62,572 nucleotides of DNA, filler included, from Rhabdomonas costata (GCA_019059605.1; 28 parts of 28 records of this genome joined end to end with filler, not necessarily neighbours in it); one strand, 5' to 3'. Positions 49,077-61,649 are shown, numbered from the whole stretch's first letter. The notes: generated by a model from the sequence alone, not told the origin. A program made the numbers and translations.

Positions 49077-50074
49077 GTATTTCAGCTGCCCCGCGCAATT
49101 CTGTGAGACTTATTGTGAAAACATGAACCCAAAAGTGAGGAAGACCAACCCACTTTTCTTNNNNNNNNNNNNNNNNNNNNNNNNNNNNNNNNNNNNNNNN
49201 NNNNTTAATTAATTAANNNNNNNNNNNNNNNNNNNNNNNNNNNNNNNNNNNNNNNNNNNNGGGGTTTGTGAATTATCCCCAATGCAATGATGTGCACAAT
49301 TTCGTCTGAACAGCAGCATTGTCAATTTCAAATATGAAGATTTTGCCCCCCCGTCAAGGGGTGGTTGGCCTCGGGGTTCCTGTGGCTGTGCCGGGCCCGC
49401 TTGGCGGCGGCGTTGGGGGGTCCTCTCACGTTGGGACCCGCTGAGGGGAGGGACCGGGGTCCGAGAAAACATGCCACCGGGTCGCCCTTGGACTCCGCCT
49501 TTTTCCCTGATCTGGGGGAAGTCTCCACTGGTTAGGTTGACGGAGTACAAGCCTACAGGTGCGAGCGTTTGTGACATTGGGTCTCTCGAGGCGCGGAGCC
49601 CGCACAGTACACGCCCAGGTTCTGCGAGCGGGGCAGGGCGCGCCTTCCTTAGGGGTTGTCTCTGCATGGTTGAAGAGTACGCACCTCCTGGTAGTCTGCA
49701 AAGGTTCGCCTGCGCAGTGCACGCCCTTTTCCGCATTCGGAGTGCGAAAGTCCCTCACGAAACCCATCAGATAGGGCACCGTCCTGGAGCAGCTCTGGTG
49801 GAATCACAAAAAAAAACGGGACAGTGGGCGCCCCAGCCTTCGACTGGGCTGGGATGAAGTCCGTGCTCCGGGGTTGGGCCACGGCAAGGTGCTGACGTAG
49901 TGAGTTCCGACCCAGCGGGCTCGTTCAAGTTGGACTCTGGGCTCAAATACCAACCCGGTCGCGTTCCTGACACCGAGGACTGATGATGAACAACAATGGT
50001 CGGTTCTCATAAATACGGATTTGGCAACACAATTGATGAACACTGTCCATTGCTGAGCGACAGACAAATACTGA

Positions 50075-51391
50075 CTAGACTTCGTCCTCAGAGGATGGCC
50101 CAAGAACAATCCTAATCGGTATAAAGAGACGGGTGGAGGAAAAAGAAAAACCGGACCTGTCGACTGCGAGGGCAGCTGCATCCAAGCTGTGCTCCGAACT
50201 TGAGCAGTCCATGAACGCTGGCAAACAGAAAGCACAAGAAAAGGAACAAGAAAAGGGAGGGGGGAAACAACGAAATAAGAAATGAACAAGTGGGGACAAC
50301 AAGGAACAAGAATGGGCAAAAGCGGGGTGCCCAGGTTGCACCCCAGGTTGAGGTCCGGACGATGGTGGAGGTGCCGCCGTCCAGGCGGAAACTCTGTTGC
50401 ATTGATGCGTCCACTGAAGCCTCGGATACGTAGATAGGGGAGCATGAGGAGGACAGTGCGCTTGCAGAGGATGCAGCAGCTGTGTGAGCAAGGGGGATGC
50501 TTTTCCTGAATCTTCAGGAGTGAAGGACCAACTTGTGGTAATTGGAACAGCCCCTCCACACTGCGGTGCTTCAGGGAAGAAGGATGGCTGTTTACCGTGA
50601 CAGGCTAAAACGGATTGCCGGAAATATGGCGCATCAACGAGGTTTGGGGCGAATGACGGAGCCTCCTCCTTGGGCAGTCGCTCGCGAAACGGGGTTAGCT
50701 CTCCACAATCAGACATGTGGGATGCCACGGGATCGGGTAGGGAGCACATGGAGCAGTCGCAGTCATGTGGCGGGGAACCTGGGAAGGACTCCGGGTCGCT
50801 TTCACTGCGGGAGCTGATGCTCTTCTCACTGTCATCCCAAGGGTCACCGCAGCCCACGCGTTCCTCCCAGGAGGAGGACGCAGCGGAGGAGAGGGAGCTA
50901 TCCAGCACACCAGCCTCGATGAAGGGCACCAGGGACGGGAAGTGAGGGACGGTGCGGCCAGGGGACAGCATAAACTCGGAGGGATCGTCCGCTTCTTTGG
51001 CGGGGAGCGCACGTGCATCGGCTTTGCTGGGGACACCCGTACCGGTACTGATAGGAACACTGCCAAGCGCAAAGGCGGGGGAAGGGTGGTGATCCTTTTC
51101 AGGGCAACGGGTGCGGAGCGAGAGAGAAGTGATCTGGTCCCAACTGGGTGGCGCTTTCGGGGCGTGAAACGATGAGTTCACGTTCTCTTTGTCGGAGCCA
51201 AGGTTGCCAATCGCCGGTGGAGAGCGGGGAGCTCTGGGTGGCTGCACTGGCGATTGCCAATGGGGAACGTTCGTAGTCTTTCCGTGGTGTTGCTGAACTG
51301 GGGTCTGTGTGTGCTGCTTCGCCTGCTTCAAGGCTTCACGCCCCCGGCCCTCCAGGGTGTTGGCGGAACTGTTTCGCAAAGCAGCACACAC
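50075..51391 (-). CDS. Long intronless low-complexity ORF (a large exon or a transposon-derived ORF)
   Basis: 438 stop-free codons, S/P-rich, with no recognisable domain. The 3' end is probably not at the ORF stop. Confidence 0.35.
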   Translation of the reverse strand: MCAALRNSSANTLEGRGREALKQAKQHTQTPVQQHHGKTTNVPHWQSPVQPPRAPRSPPAIGNLGSDKENVNSSFHAPKAPPSWDQITSLSLRTRCPEKDHHPSPAFALGSVPISTGTGVPSKADARALPAKEADDPSEFMLSPGRTVPHFPSLVPFIEAGVLDSSLSSAASSSWEERVGCGDPWDDSEKSISSRSESDPESFPGSPPHDCDCSMCSLPDPVASHMSDCGELTPFRERLPKEEAPSFAPNLVDAPYFRQSVLACHGKQPSFFPEAPQCGGAVPITTSWSFTPEDSGKASPLLTQLLHPLQAHCPPHAPLSTYPRLQWTHQCNRVSAWTAAPPPSSGPQPGVQPGHPAFAHSCSLLSPLVHFLFRCFPPPFSCSFSCAFCLPAFMDCSSSEHSLDAAALAVDRSGFSFSSTRLFIPIRIVLGPSSEDEV

Positions 51392-51700
51392 AACCNNNNN
51401 NNNNNNNNNNNNNNNNNNNNNNNNNNNNNNNNNNNNNNNTTAATTAATTAANNNNNNNNNNNNNNNNNNNNNNNNNNNNNNNNNNNNNNNNNNNNGTGTT
51501 GGGTGGAAACGTCTCTCATGTTTGTTTCATGTGTGTTCGCTGCGAGGACGGGCTATCCAATGTTGGCCACTTTTTTTTACGTTCGTAAAACGCAAAGAAA
51601 CGTAAAAAAAACGGGCAAATTGGCCAGCCCTGGCTATCGCGTTTTTCTGTTTTGGGTTTACCTTTCACTTCTCTTTCACTTCTTTTTTTTTTGCACGCAG

Positions 51701-52639
51701 CTGCTGTCGAGGCAGTGTGGTATCGCGGACTTTGAGCCGCTGAAGCCGTTCTTCCTGTCCGTGTACATGGGGGCCAACGCCGCGGCGCCTGCCCTGCCCA
51801 TGCTGCCCTCCCACCCGTACCCCCTCAACGTACGCACCACCCTACTCCATCCTCACCACCACGGTGGATGGTTGGCTCGATCTCTGCAGGCGCAGTTTTT
51901 GGGAACTGAAATCTTGTATCGTGACGAGGGTCTGGTTGCATACGCTGCGAAGTACCACAGCGCCAAATCCACACACAAGGGCCTCTTTTCCCTCCCATGT
52001 CAGATCAGGCAAAAGACTGCTTTCAGGAGTATCGCCCGAGAGCAGATGGGCTAATAGGCCACTTCCATCCTCTTGTAAAAACGTAAAAAGGGGCCCTACA
52101 GAAACCGTAACCGCAAACCGCCGCTTGTTTTGATGGACAGTGGTGAGGCAGCGGCACCTTTTGTTTGAATTTGGCATTGGCCTGGGGTCAGTGCTAGCGG
52201 CTGACATTAAATGGTATGAATGGATGACTCTGCTGAAGCAGTGGGCTAAGTGAAAAAATTTCCCCCAAGTCCTACGTGGAGGCGAAACAGGAGTCCCCTG
52301 GGACTCCAATAGAAGATTTTGCAGGGGTTAGGTGGCGATGCAGGTGTCCCCTGAATCTCCTATATGCTGCATCTTCTGTGATGTGTTGGAGCTTCTTCCT
52401 CAGTGGTTTGGGGAAAATTTTCTCTTGGGTGAAAATTTTTCACTTACCCAAGCAGTGTTTCGGAGGTCAGATGACTGTGGGTTGGTTTCTGGAAGGGTCA
52501 CGTGTGGTCATCAGTTTTCTCACGTTCTCTCATTTTATGACAGCGGGCGGCAGCGGCGGCGGAGAAGGGCTCAGGGCGGCGCCCGCAGTACCTCCCCGCG
52601 CAGTGCGGCGCCCTCGCTCCGCTGGCGGAGAGGCTGAAG
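51701..52639 (+). CDS. COPA: Coatomer subunit alpha, C-terminal domain, exons 51701-51829 and 52544-52639
   Basis: LLSRQCGIADFEPLKPFFLSVY...ALPMLPS..YPLN|R...LPAQCGALAPLAERLK matches the alpha-COP pattern LL.RQ.GI..F.PLK..F. Confidence 0.85.
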
Positions 52640-53538
52640 GTCTGTGCGCACGCACGTGTGTGTGGCGTGTGGCGTGTGGCAAGCCTTGTGTTGGTCCCCA
52701 CTGTCCTCAGCAGGAGTTTTTCTGTGTCAAGATGGATTCTGATGGCAAGGATCATGGGGAAGTTCAAGGCCAAGGCTCGTTACAACCCACCATATCCGAG
52801 GTATGTGCCCCCATTTTTGCGTCCATGAGTGGGGGGGGGGGTGAACGACACTGATCATGCTTTATTATTATTATCACGATGGGATGTAACGTTGCCAAAC
52901 GGTTCGCCGCTGTTTAACGTCAAGATACTACCGGATGCAAGATCTTCCATGCCGCGTTGGTTTTGGGGTTTTGGTTTTGTCTCCAAAACCTCGTGATGCG
53001 CCTCTGGCATTGTCCTTGTCAGCGGTCTGGTTAGTACCGCTTCGCACTGCGGACTGGTCCCCCGAAGCTGAACCTGTCCCATTTGAAGGCCAGCCAAAAA
53101 TTCCTTTCCTCCCGTTAAAATGGCCGATGCGGTGGTTAGGGTCGTATTTTGACCTGCAACAACAACAATCCAGTTGATCTCTTCCCGAGAAGAGCAGATT
53201 GTTCGTTGTAAACTCAAAGGGAAAATTGCGAAGGATGTTACGCTGAGCTCCCGGGAACGACAGCACGGAAAAGATGACAAAGTGACGGCAACGACAAACC
53301 ACTCACACAGTCATTGTGGTTAGACCGCGCCGACTGTGTTGACCGAGAAAGTCGCAGAGAAGAGGTGACTGGATTCGGTGGAGCGAGCACCGTATTGTTT
53401 TCAACGAGCGTAACAGCCACCAATCATCGAAGTCAGACTTCAACCCCGCCTCTACATGCGCATCATTCGCCCAACATAATCACCATCTCTTGAAATCGAG
53501 ACAACGATGCCGCCCGCTCACTGGTCTACACAACACAG

Positions 53539-53593
53539 CACACCACACCACACCACACCACACCACACCACACCACACCACACCACACCACAC
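53539..53593 (+). repeat. (CACCA)n microsatellite
   Basis: About ten tandem pentamers. Confidence 0.95.
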
Positions 53594-54790
53594 AAGGTTC
53601 AGGGTTGCTGCAAAAAGGCAGTTGCCAACCCCACNNNNNNNNNNNNNNNNNNNNNNNNNNNNNNNNNNNNNNNNNNNNTTAATTAATTAANNNNNNNNNN
53701 NNNNNNNNNNNNNNNNNNNNNNNNNNNNNNNNNNTGGTTTTCAACAAGCCCCATGTTTCTGCTCACGGCGACAACGAAGATAGCTGAGATCAGTCAACGG
53801 GAAAGCTGTGGGTACACGCATATTCTCAACCTGAAAAAAAAGTCAATCACAAACCCGAGTGGGATTGGTTGAGCACATATGAATGCCACTTTATTTTGCC
53901 TATTCTTGATGATAATGCACCACCATTAATTCTCAGGGTGGCAAGCAAGTGCATTTTTAGAGTGTCAGCTCCGCATTCAAATACCCGCCTTTGCGCAACT
54001 AAACATGCGCTAGACAGAGACCTCTTCACCGTCACCACCGAACAGCAGCCTCATCCGGCTTCATCTTTCAGCCCTTACAAAGGCAGTGCATGAAACTCAA
54101 CGAAAGTCGTCCAAAAACATGTGTCGCGGGAGGGAAGGGAAGCTCTCTGCTTCACCAAAAGTCAGGGCTAACCCACAGGAGGAGGCGAGCAAGAGAGCAG
54201 CTGTCAAGGCGGAGCCACCCCGCGGCTGGCGCAGGCCAAATCAAACACGGGTACTCGCAGCACAGGGCAGCACGACCACCACGGGAAGGAAAACACACGA
54301 ACACTGAACCAGAGTGAACCAGAGAAGCAGAAAGAATGGTGCACAAAAATAAAAGAGGCGGTTGCAGGAGGTGTGCACACCACAGAACTTGGAATTGCTA
54401 ATACACTTCATTCAGAGGCACAACGCTACCGACGGTAGAACGAATGGTGCGACGGGAAGGAATTTTAAGAGGTGGTTGTGCATGTATGGTTTGGTCCTGC
54501 GGGACCAAATCACCGCGGGATCTAGAGATTATCTTTAGGCACCCTGGAGTTGGGTGATTCAGACCAAAGTGGTCACAATCACACTGATCCACGAAAAGAG
54601 AGCAAACAACACTCTACACTCTACGCAGGCCCTGCCACAAAATGGGAGGAGCGAAGAGCGAAAAACAACAACAACAGTGCCGCAAGCACTGCCCCTCGCC
54701 CACCCACGGGGAGCCAAAGGACACGCAAAACGGCGAAATTTTGTTCCAAGCAAAGCGAAAGAGAGAGATTATCATCAAGGTGCTTCCAAG

Positions 54791-55039
54791 TTACAAGGTT
54801 GGCCTCACGGCACGCTTCGAGTTTAGAGCGACAATCTGGCGCCTGTCGTTGACCCCAAAGCCGTGACGCTGCAGAAGCCGGAGAAGATCTGCGCCCTGTG
54901 GCAAAGGGACAAGCTCCTCCGGACTGCCGGGAATTCGGGAGTAGGCTGTGGCGAACACAGGAAGGGTCATCCCGGGGTTCACCCGAAGCATCTCCATCAA
55001 ACAGCCCACAATGTGAGCCTCCTGGGCCTTGATGCCCGC
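54791..55039 (-). CDS. Probable terminal exon with a weak LOTUS/OST-HTH-like pattern
   Basis: LMEMLRVNPGMTLPVFATAYSRIPG...GADLLRLLQRHG, with coding-like composition. Confidence 0.4.
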   Translation of the reverse strand, partial: AGIKAQEAHIVGCLMEMLRVNPGMTLPVFATAYSRIPGSPEELVPLPQGADLLRLLQRHGFGVNDRRQIVALNSKRAVRPTL

Positions 55040-55589
55040 CTTCAACTTCTCGTCATTCTGCCGCCAGGCGTAATTGGAAGTGAGGTAGATCTGCGAGTGG
55101 GTGTACCCGAAAATAAAGAAAAGAAAGAGTCGAGTTCAGCATTTAGCTCTGGAATGTAACTTGTCCACAATTCACGGACAGTCCTCTTCAGGATGAATAT
55201 TGCGACACTGTCACTGCAATAATTTCGGGGTGCGTTTTCGTTAAGACAGGATACTCCTGCAATTACAAAACCGCACCCACTCCCCAATGCTTCCTTCCCA
55301 ACCATTGCATTTTACGTTCAACGTTGTGACCACTACTGGGCAAAGAAAAAAATAGGGGCTTCCTATCACAGGCCACGGCCCATCTTTATGATCATTCAGG
55401 CCCTTCACAACGAACGGATGCACCATCTTCCCAAAAGCATCTCCTGACTGACACACAACTGGGTGTCAACCGAATTCACAACAAATTATCGTCTTGTGAA
55501 AGAAGCATTGAGACGAGCATTGACAAGCGGCGAGTATTGACAACCCAGTTCCAATAACCGCGCGAGACCGCAAATGCAGACATTAAAAC

Positions 55590-55870
55590 GCCGAGAGCAA
55601 GAGCAAAGAGCTGGACGGCAAGCTCAACCACAACTGTAAAATTGACACCAGACACAAGTGCAGCCAACAGTGGATCAGAGCACATGCGATGAAAACTGTC
55701 CTCGACCACCTTAGCAAGAACTGAACATCCGCCAACCTCAGCTAAAAGATCCAACCCAGTGCACTCATCTTTCTGCAAGACAAATACGAGCTGGTCGTCC
55801 GCAGAACAAGCCAAAAGCCCGGAAGCACAACCAGGAGGCTTGTCAAGTACATCATCACGCACACCACCAC
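55590..55870 (-). CDS. Truncated-haemoglobin (2/2 globin)-like domain exon, divergent
   Basis: LLAEVGGCSVLAKVVEDSFHRMCSDPLLAALVSGVNF...LFALALG compared with group I trHb LYERLGG...I..VV..FY.R...DP.L..FF.G.D....FL..ALGG. Confidence 0.55.
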
Positions 55871-56058
55871 NNNNNNNNNNNNNNNNNNNNNNNNNNNNNN
55901 NNNNNNNNNNNNNNTTAATTAATTAANNNNNNNNNNNNNNNNNNNNNNNNNNNNNNNNNNNNNNNNNNNNGTTTTTTTTGCTGGTAACAATTCAACATTT
56001 CCAGTTACCTGCTGCTGTGGCTGCCGCTCGCTGTTTCCGAAGTGTGCTCTCCCTTGGG

Positions 56059-57570
56059 ATGAGGGCGGCGCTGCGGGTGGTGTGCATCAGCGATACCCAT
56101 GGCAGGCACCGGAGGCTGCGGCTTCCAGCCGGGGACTTGTTGATCCATGCGGGGGACTTCACCAACCACGGCACGCCCGAGGAGGTGGCGGAGTTCAACG
56201 AGTGGCTGGGCACGCTGCCCCACCCCAACAAAGTAGTGATCGCAGGTCACCTTGAAGTTTCAACCTTCAAGCGAGGGAAAAAAGTGTGAGGGAAAAATGC
56301 GTTGTGACTTTGTTCCCGATGAAAGGAGTGTTGACTCGTACTTTGAAAACGAGGTGCATATGTATCAGCAGTCTGAGTCTGAGACTTCCGTAGTTTTGCA
56401 AATGGCAATGAGGGTCTCCCTGACCATCCTCCCTCAAACGTTTTGCTCACCAGCTGTTGGACGCCCACAGGAAACTTGGATGCGTGCATGCAGGACCCCA
56501 CGGTGGAGGCTCACTCCCTGCTGACCAACTGCACCTATCTTTGCGACAGTACCGCTCAGGTGTGGGCATTCTACAGGACACTTCCAATGCCAGCTGTTGC
56601 TTGTCTTGAGAATTTTAGGAATCCATTTGCTCAACCCTACTGGCCTGCCAATGTAAAGGCATGAAGGGGGTGCAACGGTGGTGAAACCAGAGAGAAAATC
56701 CTTCCCCCATTGTAATAAATCAAATAGTATAATCGATAAAACAAGCTTGAATGGCCACGGCCAAGTTCACCAGCAGAAGAATTACGGGTGGCAGATGGCA
56801 ATGCATTACCAAAATGTTTAACATTCAAAATCTACGTTTCCGACCTTTTGTCACCCAGAGCGAGTAAAGTTTGCGTACCCATGAACGCACGCACTCTTCA
56901 TTGGAACAAAACTTGGAAGATGAATGTGTTTCTTGGGCGGAGGCTCTCTTTCATCCAGCAGCCACACGGCGAGCCACGTTCTTGTGACCACAATCGCCAG
57001 TGCACCTTGTAACTTCCTTTCGTGTTGGCAATAACGATGTCTTCTAGCAAACTGCACTGGTAGTATACCTGCGTTACATTCCCTACGGGTTTGGTACCCT
57101 GACGAACTTTGCTGTTATTCTGCCGTCTAAGAAAAAGGAAGCCTGTCTTTCAATTCTGTGAGTCGGTGAGCCCTTTCTCACGGGAACCAGGGATGGAGGA
57201 CTAACCCGGGAATCTTCTCGACCTGGCGCAGCAAAAAGCTATCAAAAATCAACGTATCCGCGATAGACTCGGATGTCCATGTTGATGTCAAAAATAGACA
57301 TCCTTCCATTTCTTCGTCAATACCGGACCCTCTGCTCAGGTAGCGGGCTTCATGGTGTACGGCTCGCCTTGGACGCCGAAGTTCTATGGGGCCTTCCAGC
57401 TCACTCCGCAGGCCTCGGTCTCGCACTGGGCCGCCTTGCCCGAGACGAAGGCCCAGATTGTGGTCACCCACGCGCCCTGTGCGGGCATCCTGGACATGAC
57501 CCGTGCCCGCCGGCATGTCGGGGACGAGGCCTTGGCCAGGGCGATCCGTGCCTTGAGACCGAAGCTTGTG
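56059..57570 (+). CDS. Metallophosphoesterase, MPPED1/2 (239FB)-like, exons 56059-56245, 56471-56559, 57340-57570
   Basis: Motifs VCISDTH, DLLIHAGDFT, KVVIAG|NLD, LTNCTYLCDS, VYGSPW, VVTHAP and VGDEAL. The GT-AG introns are phase-consistent. Confidence 0.93.
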
Positions 57571-58471
57571 GTGTGCAACCCCTTCCCTCACACTCGCACA
57601 CACACACAGTACACAGTGAATTCTGCAGCGCCTGTGCAGCAATGAGGACGCTTCGCTGGGTATCTATGATGAGATAATGAGCGAAACATATGGTCTTGAG
57701 TGACTCGTGCACATCGCAAATATTAGAATGCGGACAAGCAGGTTGGGCTGAACTCCGATGGGAGGATGGCGAGAGTGATGGCTCAGGGGCTTTCGTTGGT
57801 TTCTTTTTTCTTCCTGTTTCGTATTTTCTTCCGTTCCCAATTAAATTGTGTCGCCTACATCCAATGCGGCGCTAGTGCATTTATGCCCCACCCCCCTCCT
57901 CAATAGGCTGGGTCCACCTTGTTTGCTGTGAACTAGTGCATTTATGGGGCCCTTCCGAGAGTGTATGGATTCTAATGGAAGCTTTTGCAGAGGGTTAGGA
58001 GGTGATGCATGGGTTCCCTGAGTTTGTAATAGAGGAATTCACAGGGGATTTTTGGCGATACAGAGGTCCCCTTAGATTGCAGTGAAACCCCCAAACACAC
58101 CCACACNNNNNNNNNNNNNNNNNNNNNNNNNNNNNNNNNNNNNNNNNNNNTTAATTAATTAANNNNNNNNNNNNNNNNNNNNNNNNNNNNNNNNNNNNNN
58201 NNNNNNGGGTGGGTGGTTCCGACCCAAATCCAGGGGACCGTCACCGTATATCTGATCCCTATTCCCGAAGAATAACACACGCAAGAAGTGACCAGTGACC
58301 CGGTTGATACTACAAAGCTGTCAAACAATATGAAACACCGTTAGCCGCCCACTGGCGGCTAAGTGGATCAACTGGCCTCCGCGACAGGTGCGGTATCACA
58401 AATGTTCCCCAGTGTTAGACATACGGTAGTCCTGAAGTTTCAGTTTGCAGTGAGCAGCAACAATGAAAGCG

Positions 58472-59418
58472 CACCATAGACCGACGTTGAAGATCACCAG
58501 CCTCCCGGGGTGGTGGCTGAGGAGTGCTCCATGGAGCACTTGTCGGATGTCACCGGGTGTGAATGCCGAAAAGTACTCCATCTTCATCCCTAGTAAAATG
58601 GAGGTTCGCATGTGTGGAAGCGTCCGACATGCGACGAACCCTCGAACATTATCGAGCATCACCCCCCCCCCGCATCCAATCGATGGAGCATAGCATTAGA
58701 GCAGAGTAGCTCGATTTTAGGACGCACCGGGTTTCCAAGTCGTGGTCCGCAGGCTACGAAGCAGCCACTGCATATTACATCTAGAAAATGAGTATTGAAT
58801 TGGCCAGTGGTTGCAACCACTCCGCCACTCTCATCAATCCTGTCGCCGGGTAACCCTGTCGTCATGGTGCTCATGGGCTTGGTGGAGTGTGAGTTGCCTA
58901 TTTTTCGAGCATTCAGAGATCAACCCGACACGGAGGACATAAACATCTGCCGATCAATTCAAAACTCCATATTGCTAAGAAGTCGTTCGACTGTTCTATC
59001 ATATGAGTGGGCAACCGGATCGCGTCCCGGGACTCTCAGGTGACCATCCTCAGGCAACAAAACAGAATCGTTACGCTACGTGTTCCGAGCTTCGCCCATA
59101 CCAAGAAATCGAAACGCGTGCACACCTCCGTATCTAAAGACATAATTCATTGAAGGAAAGGATGACGACGAGGTGGTGGGGTAACAGGTTACGCTCCAAG
59201 GCACAGGCCCGGGGAAGTCCCTCACCAGGTCCTTGTCCTGCATTCCGCAAGAAGCCTTCAGAAAGGTCCAGTTGGGCTCGTGGGAGACCTTCCCCTTGGC
59301 CATGCCCTTCGGTAAGGGAAGCGAGGATGAATCCCAAGCAACACTGCGAGCAGTCCGGCACTTCAGCCGTGGCATGGAGATAGGTGCAGAGTCCCACGTG
59401 ATGATCCCTGGACCGGCC
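58472..59418 (-). CDS. Exons of a possible SGNH/PC-esterase-like protein
   Basis: IITWDSAP...RYGGVHAF ends at a GT donor, and GRLVIFNVGLW|GT resembles the DVLVFN.GLW block. Exon boundaries are uncertain. Confidence 0.35.
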
Positions 59419-61077
59419 CTGCGCCCAAACAGTACAAAGATCGCCACTGCAAGTGTAGTCTGGAGCAAGGGGAAACTTCCCCACGGCGTGCACACCGCCA
59501 TCGAGGATAATACTGAAACAAAAAGAAAACAAACAACAGGACGTGCCCTGCAGAACGCAACGAGACGTGGCGGAAAGAATCCCCTGTGTACCAACATAGA
59601 GACGAGGAGGGAGCGGGAATCTGCGAGTGACATGATGCTGCTGGGCCTTGTTTGCCATGGTTCGCGGTGGTGAGCTGGAAATCATGGATGCATGGAAGAC
59701 GCACCAGAGAGGGCCATAGTAATATTCCGTAGTTCAGAGTGGATTCGAGGAGGCCGAAACCCGAGTAAACTCGAGGAAACCCAAGCAAGGAGAGCGAACT
59801 GTGGTTCCTATCCACTGATTTGTTGATTGTGAAAGGCATCAGAATGGCGACTTCTAGTTTTAAGATAACTAATGACCCCCATCCCAACATCCCTCTCAAC
59901 GCCCCAGACTAGTTTTGCGATCAATGGACCAGTTAGATATTGTTAGAGTACAAGTTTCAACCCCGCTTTTACCACTCCAACCATTTCCTCGCGATTTTGT
60001 TGTCGATGGCACTCCCCCTCCCCGGGACAAGACCACGACGTCAAATGTATCGCCCTTCAACGCGCCCGAGCAGGCGCTCTCAGTAACCGGCCCACTCAAA
60101 CGTGAGTCGTAAAGTCCACGGATGTGAGAAGGGACGTTCATACTTTGTTCTCAGGCGCTGACATCCCTCCAAGAAAAGAGAGAGGCTCCCTCCAAGAGAC
60201 AGCAATCTTGAATGCTGGAGCCTAAACCAGTCTCGTCATCGGTTATCAACAGCACGGCATCAGTCAAGAATCCTTTTTGTGCGATCCTTTCCTACCTGAC
60301 GTGACATCTATTGCTGGACACTTCACTGATTTCCAAAACAACNNNNNNNNNNNNNNNNNNNNNNNNNNNNNNNNNNNNNNNNNNNNTTAATTAATTAANN
60401 NNNNNNNNNNNNNNNNNNNNNNNNNNNNNNNNNNNNNNNNNNGTTGTGGGGTGGTATCAACTTATGCTATGCTCTCTCCGCGGCTGACGTTATACCAAGT
60501 GGGAAACTTTTCTGCATGAGGTTTTTCGTGTGTAGTGCATTTGGTTCCTTTGCTGATGTATCGAAACGTTTCTAGTTTCTGCGCAGCATTGTCTCGAGAC
60601 TATCCGGATTATACCTTCACGCGTTTGGTCTCTGAGCCTGGCGCTGCGAGGGATCACGTGCCCTTTCGAGACGGTTCGCTGTGACTAGTGCCCGCACCTT
60701 TTCTCTCTTTCGCTGTGTGTTGTTGTCCAGCTGCTTTTTTGCCTCGCACCCCTTTTCCAAGATTTGCCGTGCCTGCTGCTTTCTTTCGCTTTTGTTGGTT
60801 TGGATTGTACAACATTTGAAATGGCCGAGAAGAAGAACCGCGCTGAACGAGCCAACCCCGTTGATGGTATTCCTCATTTTCCTGTGTGATTTCTTCTTGC
60901 TGGTGCTTCGTCCGCCTGCTCCCATCATTTCTGCCTACCCGCAATGTTTCTCTCTTACCATGCACCCACTCCTCTTTTTCCATATAATCCCCCTCTCTCT
61001 TGCCCACTGTTTCCCTACTAATTGTTGGCCTTTGTTTCATGATTTTGTAATGCAAATATGTTCTTCTCCATACAGTC

Positions 61078-61307
61078 GAAGCAGGCCCGGGGTCTTTTGA
61101 AGGTACCGTGGGCCTCCCAAAACGCTGCGTAGGCCGGTCCTTGCCCCCTCAGGCTGGTACCCTCCGGCTCTTTCCTTAATTTTTCTGAAATCTTGTGCCG
61201 CTTCTTTCCCCAGCGCAACGGAGGGTTTACCGACGGCACCCACAACATTTGTTCAAAAAAACACCTGCCTCTATTCCCGCAAAAGGGGGCCCAGGCGCTC
61301 GGCCGCC
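61078..61307. mobile_element. Dispersed structured repeat, copy B
   Basis: Same orientation and same block order as 43155-43400. Confidence 0.8.
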
Positions 61308-61515
61308 TGACCTGGTGCCCACCAAACTCACTCAGTCGATGCTAACCGCGATCAGGCCCACGACAGCTGGAGTTCGTGTGTGTGTGTGTGTGTTTCATTT
61401 AGGCCGGTTGGTTCATGATCCTTGACTTTTATCGTTCATCTTGAACAGTGAGCACCCTGCTGAGCTGTCCGGGCTCCCCCGTTTTCTGCAAATTGCTGCC
61501 TTTTACGTTCTGCAG

Positions 61516-61649
61516 CTGACATTATGTGGCGCGAGCGGATTGCCAACGAGCTTCAGTGCGAACGGAGCTGGAACCAGACGTATGAGTACCTGCTGCATGG
61601 TGGAGTGCAGAGCAAGGAGGAGCGGCTTCTTCAGTTGCAGAGAGAGCTG
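61516..61649 (+). CDS. Exon of an LLC1/C20orf85-like ciliary microtubule-associated protein
   Basis: DIMWRERIANELQCERSWNQTYEYL resembles the D.IW.E....E......W...WGFL motif. Bounded by AG and GT. Confidence 0.5.

Noticed and set aside
49980..50056. TGATGA...CTGA as a box C/D snoRNA
   Set aside because: No terminal stem or recognisable rRNA guide, and these short motifs occur by chance.
56554..57339. Alternative non-conventional splice with CAG at +4..6 and CTG at -8..-6
   Set aside because: It would delete two codons that the family spacing (DSxxxVxGF) requires. The GT-AG splice fits.
58341..58362. 9-bp hairpin TTAGCCGCC-CACT-GGCGGCTAA as a terminator
   Set aside because: No U-tract, and this is eukaryotic nuclear sequence.
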